A stretch of 64,000 nucleotides of DNA from Candidatus Saccharimonadales bacterium (GTDB taxonomy: Bacteria > Patescibacteriota > Saccharimonadia > Saccharimonadales > UBA10212), in NCBI GenBank assembly GCA_035758565.1, contig DASTXL010000001.1, positions 139,242 to 203,241 on the forward strand, given 5' to 3'. Shown piece after piece: positions 1 through 7,711 of this stretch. Position numbers and translations under genes: made by a program. Every line of letters starts with the position of its first letter. Positions within the stretch are counted from its first letter, which is position 1. The notes beneath the pieces were generated by a model that made no database searches, was not told the DNA's origin, and worked only from the letters and a program-made list of their open reading frames with translations.

Positions 1-623
1 TAGTAACCACTCTGACCAAGCGGATGAGCGAAGACTTAGCCGAATATCTGCAAGAGTTAAATATCAAAGTTGCTTACATTCACTCCGAAATCGACACGTT
101 GGAACGCACCGATATTCTTCGCGACTTGCGACTGGGTGTTTACGACGTGCTGGTCGGTATTAACTTGTTGCGTGAAGGCCTGGACTTGCCAGAAGTATCC
201 CTAGTAGCTATCTTGGATGCCGACAAAGAAGGTTTTTTGCGTAGTGAGCAAGCCTTAATCCAGACAGTTGGCCGCGCCGCCCGCCACGAAGAAGGCCGGG
301 TGATTATGTACGCCGATAACATAACCGGTAGCATGAAGCGTACGATTGATGAAACATCCCGTCGCCGCGAGATTCAAAATAAATACAATAACGAGCACGG
401 CATTACGCCGCGCGGCATCCAGCGTGAGATTACTGAAGGTTATTTGCCGCGGTCGGCCAAAGAGGAAGCGCCCAAAGTTGATCTGCGCAAAATCCCTAAA
501 GACGAATATAAACATTTGGTCAAAGATCTAACGGCCCAAATGGATCTGGCGGCGGCCAACCTAGAATTCGAAAAAGCCGCCGAACTGCGCGACCTAATCG
601 AAGAAGTCAAAAGCAAATTATAA
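1..623 (+). CDS. uvrB: Excinuclease ABC subunit B, C-terminal part (5' end outside window)
   Basis: Frame open from window edge (..[15 protein letters not shown]..). Contains [35 protein letters not shown] helicase C-terminal motifs and the terminal [19 protein letters not shown]-type helix. Confidence 0.93.
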   Translation, partial: VTTLTKRMSEDLAEYLQELNIKVAYIHSEIDTLERTDILRDLRLGVYDVLVGINLLREGLDLPEVSLVAILDADKEGFLRSEQALIQTVGRAARHEEGRVIMYADNITGSMKRTIDETSRRREIQNKYNNEHGITPRGIQREITEGYLPRSAKEEAPKVDLRKIPKDEYKHLVKDLTAQMDLAAANLEFEKAAELRDLIEEVKSKL

Positions 624-700
624 AGTTTTTGTAACTTGAGGAGCGCTTGCTGCGGGGGTGAGAGTCGCCAATACTGACTCCCACCCCAACCCCTGAAGGT

Positions 701-991
701 CTACGCCGCTTTTACGGCCTTGTAGAACTTCCACCCTCGTATGGGCATGAAGGCAAGCCCGATCACGCCGAGGACGTAGGCCATGAGCGACCCACTCCAG
801 TCCTGGGCGCGAGAACGGTCAGGAAGGTTCGTCAGCATGGCAGCAAAGAATGCCACCACCCCGCAGATGTACCAGACCGCACCGGCGATCTGCCATCCGT
901 GACCGCCCCAGAAGAACGCTGCCGCTTCGACGCCAGTAATGAGCACGGCGGCGAAGACGCTAATCAGAAGATCTTTCTGATGCTGTTGCAT
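701..991 (-). CDS. Small hydrophobic membrane protein (96 aa), unknown function
   Basis: ATG preceded by GGAGGTG (complement of 997-1003) at 5 nt. GC3-rich codons. 3-4 hydrophobic segments. Confidence 0.55.
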   Translation of the reverse strand: MQQHQKDLLISVFAAVLITGVEAAAFFWGGHGWQIAGAVWYICGVVAFFAAMLTNLPDRSRAQDWSGSLMAYVLGVIGLAFMPIRGWKFYKAVKAA

Positions 992-1030
992 GTTTTCACC
1001 TCCTTTCGAGACGAGTCGATTTGCTCGGGG

Positions 1031-1357
1031 CTAGCCGGTGAGGACCGGGGCATGGCTGTCGCCTCGGCGCTCGATCGTGCTGACGATCCACATGGCGCCG
1101 ATGACGACGATGACCGCGAACGCAATGACGACCACGGCGAACAGCCAAAGGGCGTCCTGCACGTTGTCGACGCGTGGCATTCGAGCGCCAGCTTTGTCGA
1201 CCATGTGGCCCGAGACAAGGACCACGACGCCAATGATCGCCCAGAAGGCGGGGACAGCCCACCACGATAGCCGGAAAAGGCCGTACGAGACGGTGACTTC
1301 TGCGGCCAGAACGAACAGCCCGGCGAAGACGAACCATCTTGCGCCTAGGAGTTTCAC
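1031..1357 (-). CDS. Small hydrophobic membrane protein (about 108 aa), unknown function
   Basis: ORF track start at 1366 overlaps the SD itself. The GTG at 1357 lies 8 nt after GGAGG. About 4 hydrophobic segments. Confidence 0.5.
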   Translation of the reverse strand: MKLLGARWFVFAGLFVLAAEVTVSYGLFRLSWWAVPAFWAIIGVVVLVSGHMVDKAGARMPRVDNVQDALWLFAVVVIAFAVIVVIGAMWIVSTIERRGDSHAPVLTG

Positions 1358-1390
1358 TGCTTTCACCTCCTTCCCAAGGTGAGTCAGGGT

Positions 1391-1579
1391 TCATTCACCG
1401 GTGCCCAGAATGAGCACGATGGCGAACGGAACCGCGAACGAAAGGCCGCAGGCTTCCATCAGGTTGTGCGGCCACCCGAAGATGTAGTGCAATGCCGCGA
1501 AGATCGCAGACAAGGGCACTCCTACGACGATTCCCGCCGGAACTGCGACGCTCAGTACGCCCCAATCGTCAGACTCCAT
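1391..1579 (-). CDS. Small hydrophobic membrane protein (about 62 aa), unknown function
   Basis: ATG at 1579 lies 5 nt after GGAGG (complement of 1585-1589). Two hydrophobic segments. Confidence 0.45.
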   Translation of the reverse strand: MESDDWGVLSVAVPAGIVVGVPLSAIFAALHYIFGWPHNLMEACGLSFAVPFAIVLILGTGE

Positions 1580-1779
1580 CTTCACCTCCTTCCGAAGGTG
1601 GATCTAGATTTGCTCCTCAAGTTGCGTCGGCTCCGTAGCGGAGCGGTAGCTTGACGCCTTTGGGAGCACGATAAAGCAAATTATACAATTTTTATAAAAA
1701 TAGGAATACCAGGGAAGAGGGCAGAGTAGTCGCTTCTTGAGTGCCAAAGTTTCCCTTAGCTAAAAATCTAAAGACCGGT

Positions 1780-1815
1780 AAGACCGGCGCGCTCGCTCTT
1801 GAGCGCGCCGGTCTT
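1780..1815 (-). terminator. Perfect 15-bp GC hairpin downstream of the 133-aa gene
   Basis: AAGACCGGCGCGCTC-gctctt-GAGCGCGCCGGTCTT. Confidence 0.6.
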
Positions 1816-1824
1816 CGGGAAGGT

Positions 1825-2226
1825 CTACGCCGTCGCCGGCAGCGCGATGCTTGTCTGCTTGGGACGAGTCGAGAGGAACACCTTCCTCTCGAGATACATC
1901 CTGTCGGCGAGTTCCATCGCTGGCTGCTCGATGTTGCCCCAGGCGTTGAGCTCGTTGACCTCGAGCGCGAACTGCGTCTTGCTCAAGGCGAGTCTCTTGA
2001 CCGACTGGTTGGCGAACAGCGTCGCGATGAACTCGCGCACGTAGCTGTCGAGCTCCTCGAGCCGAATCGGTGCGCCACCGCAGGTCAGCTCGAGCTTGCC
2101 AGAGCCGGTGCGCTGAACGACGATCTCGTCCTTCTTGAAGTGGAAGTGCCCGACGACGGACCTCCGCAGCCCGTACCAGCGAGTGAAGTCGTCCACGCGC
2201 TCGAGCGGCATGCAGTGCTTAGACAC
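1825..2226 (-). CDS. Hypothetical protein (133 aa), GC-rich codon usage
   Basis: GTG start with a G-rich SD-like run about 6 nt upstream. Soluble-looking protein with no motif I recognise. Confidence 0.5.
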   Translation of the reverse strand: MSKHCMPLERVDDFTRWYGLRRSVVGHFHFKKDEIVVQRTGSGKLELTCGGAPIRLEELDSYVREFIATLFANQSVKRLALSKTQFALEVNELNAWGNIEQPAMELADRMYLERKVFLSTRPKQTSIALPATA

Positions 2227-2385
2227 AGCCTACCCCCCTTCTTAAGATGTTTGACTACTCTGCCAGTCATAAAGAAGCCCACTTGCCTAAAGTTAGCCCT
2301 ATGACGCATTAAATCTTAGCACCGTTCAACCAGAAATATAACAGTGATATTTACCACGCTTGTTTGTTATAATTTAAAGAAGATT

Positions 2386-2676
2386 ATGAGCAAACTTACC
2401 CGAGAAGACGTCTTGAAATTGGCGCATTTAAGCAGGCTGAAGTTATCTGAAGAAGAAATAGAAAAGTTTCGTAGCGAGTTATCAGGAATACTTAGCTACG
2501 TTGAACAATTAGATGAAGTGGACGTTGCGGACTTAGCGCCAACCTATCAAGTAACGGGTTTGAAGAACGTCACTAGAAAAGACGAAGTCAAAGATTACGG
2601 CTATAAAATTGAAACATTGTTGTCTAATGCTCCGGCCATTCAAGACAATCAGTTCAAAGTAAAGAGAGTTTTATAA
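2386..2676 (+). CDS. gatC: Asp/Glu-tRNA amidotransferase subunit C
   Basis: MSKLTREDVLKLAHLSRLKLSEEEIEKF.. is typical of GatC. Lies directly upstream of gatA. Extended -10 TGtTATAAT at 2364-2372. Confidence 0.88.
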   Translation: MSKLTREDVLKLAHLSRLKLSEEEIEKFRSELSGILSYVEQLDEVDVADLAPTYQVTGLKNVTRKDEVKDYGYKIETLLSNAPAIQDNQFKVKRVL

Positions 2677-2677
2677 A

Positions 2678-4093
2678 ATGCCAAATTCTTGGCCAAAAAT
2701 AGCGGATATAGTCGCGTCTGTGCAAAAAGGCGAAACTAAAGCTATCGATCTAATTGAAAAATCACTAACTGCCATTAAAGAAAACGAAGAGTATAAAGCC
2801 ATAATCAGTACACTAGAAGACCGCGCACGCGAACGCGCGCACGAGATAGATCATATGGTAGCCAGCGGCAAAAACCCAGGCAAACTGGCAGGTGTACCAT
2901 TTATTGCCAAGGATAATTTCTTGGTATTCGGCGGTAAAACTACAGCTGCAAGTAATATTCTTAAACCCTTTGAAGCACCATACCAGGCTACGGCGATCAA
3001 TAAACTAGAGGCCGAAGGCGCCATTTGTGTGGCTAAAGCCAACCTGGACGCTTTTGCTCACGGCAGTTCTACCGAAAACAGTGATTTCTTTACCACTTTG
3101 AATCCGCACGATAAAACCCGTGTGCCGGGCGGCAGTAGTGGCGGTTCGGCGGCGGCGGTTGTGCTCGGTATGGCGCCTTTTGCGCTCGGCACCGATACTG
3201 GCGGCTCCATTCGCTTGCCAGCCAGCTTTACCGGCAGCGTTGGCTATAAACCGACCTATGGTTTAGTCAGCCGTAGCGGTGTGATTGCCATGGCTAGCAG
3301 CACAGATGTAATCGGGCCAATTGGGAGTAACGTAGATGACGTGGCGTTGGTGCTTGATGTGATGGCTGGCAAAGACGAGCTAGATAGCACTACGATTGAT
3401 CGCCAAGATACTTATGTCGCCGGGCCAGCTAGTTTCAAGGGCAAAAAAGTTGGCGTTGTCAAAGAGTATTTTGAAGGCCTAGAAGGCGATGTTAAGCGCG
3501 TTGTAGACCAGGCTATTGAAAAGCTTCGTTCCGCAGGCGTCGAGATCAGTGAGATTAGCTTGCCAAGTTTGCCGTTGGCGCTCGCGGTTTATTATATTAT
3601 TTGTCCGGCTGAAGTTTCGTCTAATTTGGCCCGCTACGACGGCCAGCGCTACGGCTATTTTGCCGACAAAGCTAGAGATTTAAACGAAAGTTACGAGCTG
3701 GCGCGCGAAGAGGGTTTTGGCACGGAAGCAAAGCGTCGTATTATGATTGGCGCTTATGTGTTGAGCTCTGGCTATTACGACGCCTATTATAAGAAAGCGC
3801 AAACGGTGCGGACAAAAATTATCAAAGAAATGGATGAGGCGTTCGCGAAATTTGATTTTTTGGTTGGGCCGACAGCACCTATGACTGCTTTTAAAATTGG
3901 CGAAAAAACCGCTGACCCATTGCAAATGTACTTAACTGATATCATGACCGTAGCTGCCAATATTACCGGCAACCCAGCTATCAGCGTGCCGGCCGGCAAG
4001 GTTGATGGTTTGCCGGTTGGTCTGCAGATGATAGCCGACCGCCGTCATGATGCAGAATTATTATCAGCGGCAAAAGGGTTCGAGGAGCTATAG
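2678..4093 (+). CDS. gatA: Asp/Glu-tRNA amidotransferase subunit A
   Basis: Amidase signature GGSSGGSAAAV..GTDTGGSIRLPA. Confidence 0.95.
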   Translation: MPNSWPKIADIVASVQKGETKAIDLIEKSLTAIKENEEYKAIISTLEDRARERAHEIDHMVASGKNPGKLAGVPFIAKDNFLVFGGKTTAASNILKPFEAPYQATAINKLEAEGAICVAKANLDAFAHGSSTENSDFFTTLNPHDKTRVPGGSSGGSAAAVVLGMAPFALGTDTGGSIRLPASFTGSVGYKPTYGLVSRSGVIAMASSTDVIGPIGSNVDDVALVLDVMAGKDELDSTTIDRQDTYVAGPASFKGKKVGVVKEYFEGLEGDVKRVVDQAIEKLRSAGVEISEISLPSLPLALAVYYIICPAEVSSNLARYDGQRYGYFADKARDLNESYELAREEGFGTEAKRRIMIGAYVLSSGYYDAYYKKAQTVRTKIIKEMDEAFAKFDFLVGPTAPMTAFKIGEKTADPLQMYLTDIMTVAANITGNPAISVPAGKVDGLPVGLQMIADRRHDAELLSAAKGFEEL

Positions 4094-4501
4094 ATGACTG
4101 TTATTTTTCTGCTTGGCATAATCGTTTTTGGTGTTTTGGTCCTGATGTTAGTAGCCACGATTGGAAAGCGCCGCTTCGGCCCGTCCGGAGAAAAGTATTT
4201 CCAGGAAAAATGGGTTGAACTTTTAACTCGCGTCAGAACGCCGGAAGGCATGGTATTAGCCGTAATTGACGCGGATAAATTGTTAGACGAAGCCTTACGC
4301 AAAAAACATTACAAAGGCAAAACCACTGGGGAGCGGCTTGTTGCAGCTCAGCGCGACATTAAAGACAACGACTCTGTTTGGTACGCGCATAAATTGCGCA
4401 ATCGCTTGGTACATGAACCGGACGTTAAGCTCAGAAAAAATGAAGCTCAAAATGCATTGGCTGGTTTCCGTGCCTGCCTTAAAGATCTGGGAGTACTTTA
4501 G
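4094..4501 (+). CDS. Membrane-anchored protein with RNxxxH (HEPN-like) motif, unknown function
   Basis: N-terminal TM helix (VIFLLGIIVFGVLVLMLVATI). C-terminal AHKLRNRLVHE matches Rx4H. Abuts the gatA stop and the gatB start with no gaps. Confidence 0.6.
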   Translation: MTVIFLLGIIVFGVLVLMLVATIGKRRFGPSGEKYFQEKWVELLTRVRTPEGMVLAVIDADKLLDEALRKKHYKGKTTGERLVAAQRDIKDNDSVWYAHKLRNRLVHEPDVKLRKNEAQNALAGFRACLKDLGVL

Positions 4502-5929
4502 ATGAGTGATTACTTGCCGACAATCGGAATCGAAACGCACGTTCAGCTAAAGACCAAAACCAAGATGTTTTCGGCTGTGGGCAATGATGCTCGAGACGCG
4601 GCGCCAAATACTTTGATTAGCCACATTGATGTCGGTATGCCTGGCGCTTTGCCGGTTTTGAACGAAAAAGCTTTGGAGCTTGCTTGCCGAGCCGCTTTTG
4701 CACTAAATACTACTCCGCAGAAATTCTCTAAGTTTGAACGCAAGCATTATTTTTATCCGGATTTGCCCAAAGGCTATCAAATTACTCAGTATGAAAACCC
4801 AATTATTATCGGCGGCCATGTAGAATTGCCGGACGGCAAAAAGATCGGCATCACCAGGGCGCACCTGGAAGAAGATGCCGGCAAAAACACTCACCCGGCC
4901 AGTGCTGATTATAGCTTGGTGGATTTGAACCGCGCTGGTACGCCGCTGCTAGAAATTGTCAGCGAGCCGGACATTCATAGTGCCGCTGACGCTAAAGCTT
5001 ACGTACGCGAACTTTATTTACTTATGAAATATGCAGACGTTTCTGATTGCGACCTGTACCTCGGCCACATGCGTTTTGACGTGAATGTCAGCGTTAGCAA
5101 AGATCCCAGCAAACCCGGAATCCGCGCGGAAGTTAAAAACCTGAATAGTTTCCGTAGTGTAGAGGCGGCGATTGAGTACGAAATTAAAAGGCAGACTGAA
5201 CTTTTAGAAAATGGCGAAAAGGTTGTGCAGGAAACCCGCGGCTGGGACGAAGATAAGCAAGTTACAACCAGCCAGCGCAGCAAAGAAGAAGCCGAAGATT
5301 ATCGCTACATGCCCGAACCGGACATCCCCCCAACCGAACTTAGCGATGAATTCATTGAAAATATCAGAAAAGACATGCCCGATCTGCCAAGCTATTACAG
5401 AAAAACGCTGAGCGATATTGGAATTGATAAGAAAGCAACTGAAGATATTGTTGCTATTCCCGACGTAGCTAGAAATGTCGACCTTGTATATCGCTACGAT
5501 GGCAAGTTGAATGCAAAATTCGGCAGACGGATAGCGTTCTTGCTTTTACGCCCACAACCCGAAGAGCCGGACAATACTGACGCAAAAGTCGACATAAGCA
5601 TCAAGAACCTTGTTAAATTATGCCAGATGGCAGAAGACGGACTATTAAGCTCTACGGCCACTAAGGAAATTTTCGATGAGATGCTTATCTCTAAAAATGA
5701 TCCTGAGCTAATTGCAAAAGAAAAGAAACTAATTCAGGTTTCGGATGAAGGGGCGATTGAAGAAATTGTTAAACAAGTCATTGCCGAAAACGAAAAAGCC
5801 GCCAATGATGTTAAGAATGGCGAAATGAAAGCTATCAGCTTTTTGGTCGGCCAGGTCATGGCAAAATCCAAAGGCCAAGCCAATCCGGGTTTAGCTCAGG
5901 CAATAATCAAAAAACAACTGGGGGTATAA
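4502..5929 (+). CDS. gatB: Asp/Glu-tRNA amidotransferase subunit B
   Basis: IGIETHVQL..RKHYFYPDLPKGYQITQ..HLEEDAGK motifs and a C-terminal GatB/YqeY tail. Confidence 0.95.
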   Translation: MSDYLPTIGIETHVQLKTKTKMFSAVGNDARDAAPNTLISHIDVGMPGALPVLNEKALELACRAAFALNTTPQKFSKFERKHYFYPDLPKGYQITQYENPIIIGGHVELPDGKKIGITRAHLEEDAGKNTHPASADYSLVDLNRAGTPLLEIVSEPDIHSAADAKAYVRELYLLMKYADVSDCDLYLGHMRFDVNVSVSKDPSKPGIRAEVKNLNSFRSVEAAIEYEIKRQTELLENGEKVVQETRGWDEDKQVTTSQRSKEEAEDYRYMPEPDIPPTELSDEFIENIRKDMPDLPSYYRKTLSDIGIDKKATEDIVAIPDVARNVDLVYRYDGKLNAKFGRRIAFLLLRPQPEEPDNTDAKVDISIKNLVKLCQMAEDGLLSSTATKEIFDEMLISKNDPELIAKEKKLIQVSDEGAIEEIVKQVIAENEKAANDVKNGEMKAISFLVGQVMAKSKGQANPGLAQAIIKKQLGV

Positions 5930-5930
5930 A

Positions 5931-6824
5931 ATGGCGCAAAAACCAATTAGAAAAGCGGTTATCGCAGCCGCCGGCTTCGGCACACGTTTTTTGCCGCAGA
6001 CCAAAGCGATGCCCAAAGAAATGCTGCCAGTCGTAGATAAACCGATCATTCAGTATGTAGTCGAAGAACTCGTAAACGCCGGAATCGAAGACATCATAGT
6101 CGTTACCGGCTATTCCAAACGGGCGATTGAAGATCATTTTGATAATCCCAGCCAAGACCTTGTTAGCAATCTTAAAAACGGCGGCAAAGACGAGCTTTTA
6201 GATCAAATCAAAAAAATTGCCAACCTCGCGAACTTTGTTTATGTGCGCCAAAAAGGTCCATACGGCAATGCTACGCCGCTTTTGAATGCTGAACATTTGA
6301 TTGGCGGCGAACCTTTTATTTATACATGGGGTGACGATTTCATATTGTCCAGCCCGCCGAGATTTTCGCAATTAGTGAGGGCCTACGATCAGACCAAAGC
6401 TTCGGCAATTTTTGCTTGTTTGCCGGCCAAACACGAAGAAGACTATAAACGCTACGCCTTTGTGGGCGGCAGCGAGAGGCAGGGCCAGTTGTTGCGGATG
6501 GAAAGAATCATAGAAAAACCCGGTAGCCGGGAGTCCTCGCCATCCAATTTAGCCAGTCTGAGCGGTTACGTTTTTGATTCAAAAATCTTTGACTACATAA
6601 AACAGGATTTAGAGAAGCTGGAGCCCAAGCATGAATTAATTTTTCAGCCGTCGGTGCAGCGTATGATGGATGATGGTCTGGACGTTTATGCATGCGAAAT
6701 CGACGGCACGTATTACGACACCGGCAATAAGCTCGAGTACCTTAAAACGGTTGTCGACTTTGCGCTAATGCACGATGATATCAAAGATGACTTTGCCGAC
6801 TATTTGCGCCACTTGACACTGTAG
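5931..6824 (+). CDS. galU: UTP-glucose-1-phosphate uridylyltransferase
   Basis: AAGFGTRFLPQTKAMPKEMLPVVDKPIIQYVVEE N-terminal signature. Confidence 0.9.
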   Translation: MAQKPIRKAVIAAAGFGTRFLPQTKAMPKEMLPVVDKPIIQYVVEELVNAGIEDIIVVTGYSKRAIEDHFDNPSQDLVSNLKNGGKDELLDQIKKIANLANFVYVRQKGPYGNATPLLNAEHLIGGEPFIYTWGDDFILSSPPRFSQLVRAYDQTKASAIFACLPAKHEEDYKRYAFVGGSERQGQLLRMERIIEKPGSRESSPSNLASLSGYVFDSKIFDYIKQDLEKLEPKHELIFQPSVQRMMDDGLDVYACEIDGTYYDTGNKLEYLKTVVDFALMHDDIKDDFADYLRHLTL

Positions 6825-6839
6825 CGTTATACTTGGCTT

Positions 6840-7097
6840 ATGAATACAGCAGCCCTAGTCTTACTAATAATTGTTAGTTCGGTTCTGTCCGTTTTTTTGG
6901 TTTTTCTGATCGTGGCCCTCGGCTACTTTATCAGCGTGCTTAAACAAGTAAAAAGAATTACGGCGCGCGCTGAGAGCGTGGCCGATACTGTAGAATCAGC
7001 AGCCAGTGCGTTTGAACGCGCCAGCTCGCCCATCGCGGTTATTAAATTAATCGGCAAGATCGTCGAACAGACGGCCGGCTTTAAAAAGAAAGGCTAG
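6840..7097 (+). CDS. Small membrane protein (DUF948-like)
   Basis: One N-terminal TM helix followed by a helical tail. Adjacent to a YtxH-like gene, as is common in Firmicutes. Confidence 0.55.
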   Translation: MNTAALVLLIIVSSVLSVFLVFLIVALGYFISVLKQVKRITARAESVADTVESAASAFERASSPIAVIKLIGKIVEQTAGFKKKG

Positions 7098-7103
7098 ACT
7101 CTC

Positions 7104-7520
7104 ATGAGAATGCGTAAAGATCCTAAAACTGGTCGAAAAATTGCCCTTGGCGCGGCAGTCGCCGGCATAGGCGGATATTTAGCCGGTGTTTTGACAGCCC
7201 CTAAAAGCGGCAAAGATACGCGGGATGATTTACAAGCTAAAGTTAATGATTTTAAAAGCGACGCCGCCGAACAACTGCAGGCTGCCCAAGCAGAATTAGG
7301 GGATACTCTTAAAAAAGCTCAGGCCAAAACGGTGGCTTTGAGTTCCCAAGCCCGTGATGAATTTAACGAGGCAGTAATCCGCGCTAAAGACGCCCAGAAC
7401 AAGGCTAAAATGGTGCTCAAGGCCTTAAAAGCCGGCGAAGCTGACGATCCAGAGCTTAACAAAGCCGTGAAGCAGGCCCGTCAAGCTCAGAAGAATCTTT
7501 CCAAATTCCTTAAAAGCTAG
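7104..7520 (+). CDS. YtxH-like protein
   Basis: N-terminal TM helix, then a KSGKDTRDDL motif and a long Ala/Lys/Gln-rich helix. Confidence 0.6.
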   Translation: MRMRKDPKTGRKIALGAAVAGIGGYLAGVLTAPKSGKDTRDDLQAKVNDFKSDAAEQLQAAQAELGDTLKKAQAKTVALSSQARDEFNEAVIRAKDAQNKAKMVLKALKAGEADDPELNKAVKQARQAQKNLSKFLKS

Positions 7521-7552
7521 TCTATCTGGCGCCAAATACGGTTATAAGCTGC

Positions 7553-7595
7553 GGTGCGCACTCTCTGTATGTAGAATACAGTTCGTTTGCGCACC
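7553..7595. repeat. Nested hairpin (GGTGCGCA...TGCGCACC enclosing CTGTAT-gtaga-ATACAG)
   Basis: 8-bp outer stem and 6-bp inner stem read directly from the sequence. The core is shared with 22715-22734. Confidence 0.5.
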
Positions 7596-7711
7596 TCGCT
7601 TCTGCCCATATTTTGCATCCAGCTAACTCTTTCATTCTCTTATTTGTGGCGTTGTAATTTAGGGTGCTGAGCAACCGTAAAGGGCTTAAGTTTTTGTATA
7701 ATTAACTTAAG

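Larger units (their letters stand above)
650..1660. other. GC-rich island A (putative horizontally acquired cassette)
   Basis: Abrupt compositional shift: hand count 37/60 G+C at 1081-1140 against about 25/60 in native lines. Overlapping shadow ORFs on all frames are typical of high-GC DNA. Confidence 0.7.
1775..2235. other. GC-rich island B
   Basis: Second GC-rich block, separated from island A by an AT-rich spacer of about 100 nt (1665-1770). Confidence 0.65.

Noticed and set aside
899-2304. Many long overlapping ORFs in islands A and B (899-1270, 964-1233, 996-1394, 1038-1382, 1379-1654, 1741-2304, 1799-2044, 2085-2309)
   Set aside because: They are Arg/Pro/Ser/Ala-rich, mutually overlapping, lack SD sites, and lie antisense or out of frame to ORFs that do have GGAGG sites and hydrophobic-helix patterns. 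These are typical shadow ORFs of high-GC DNA.
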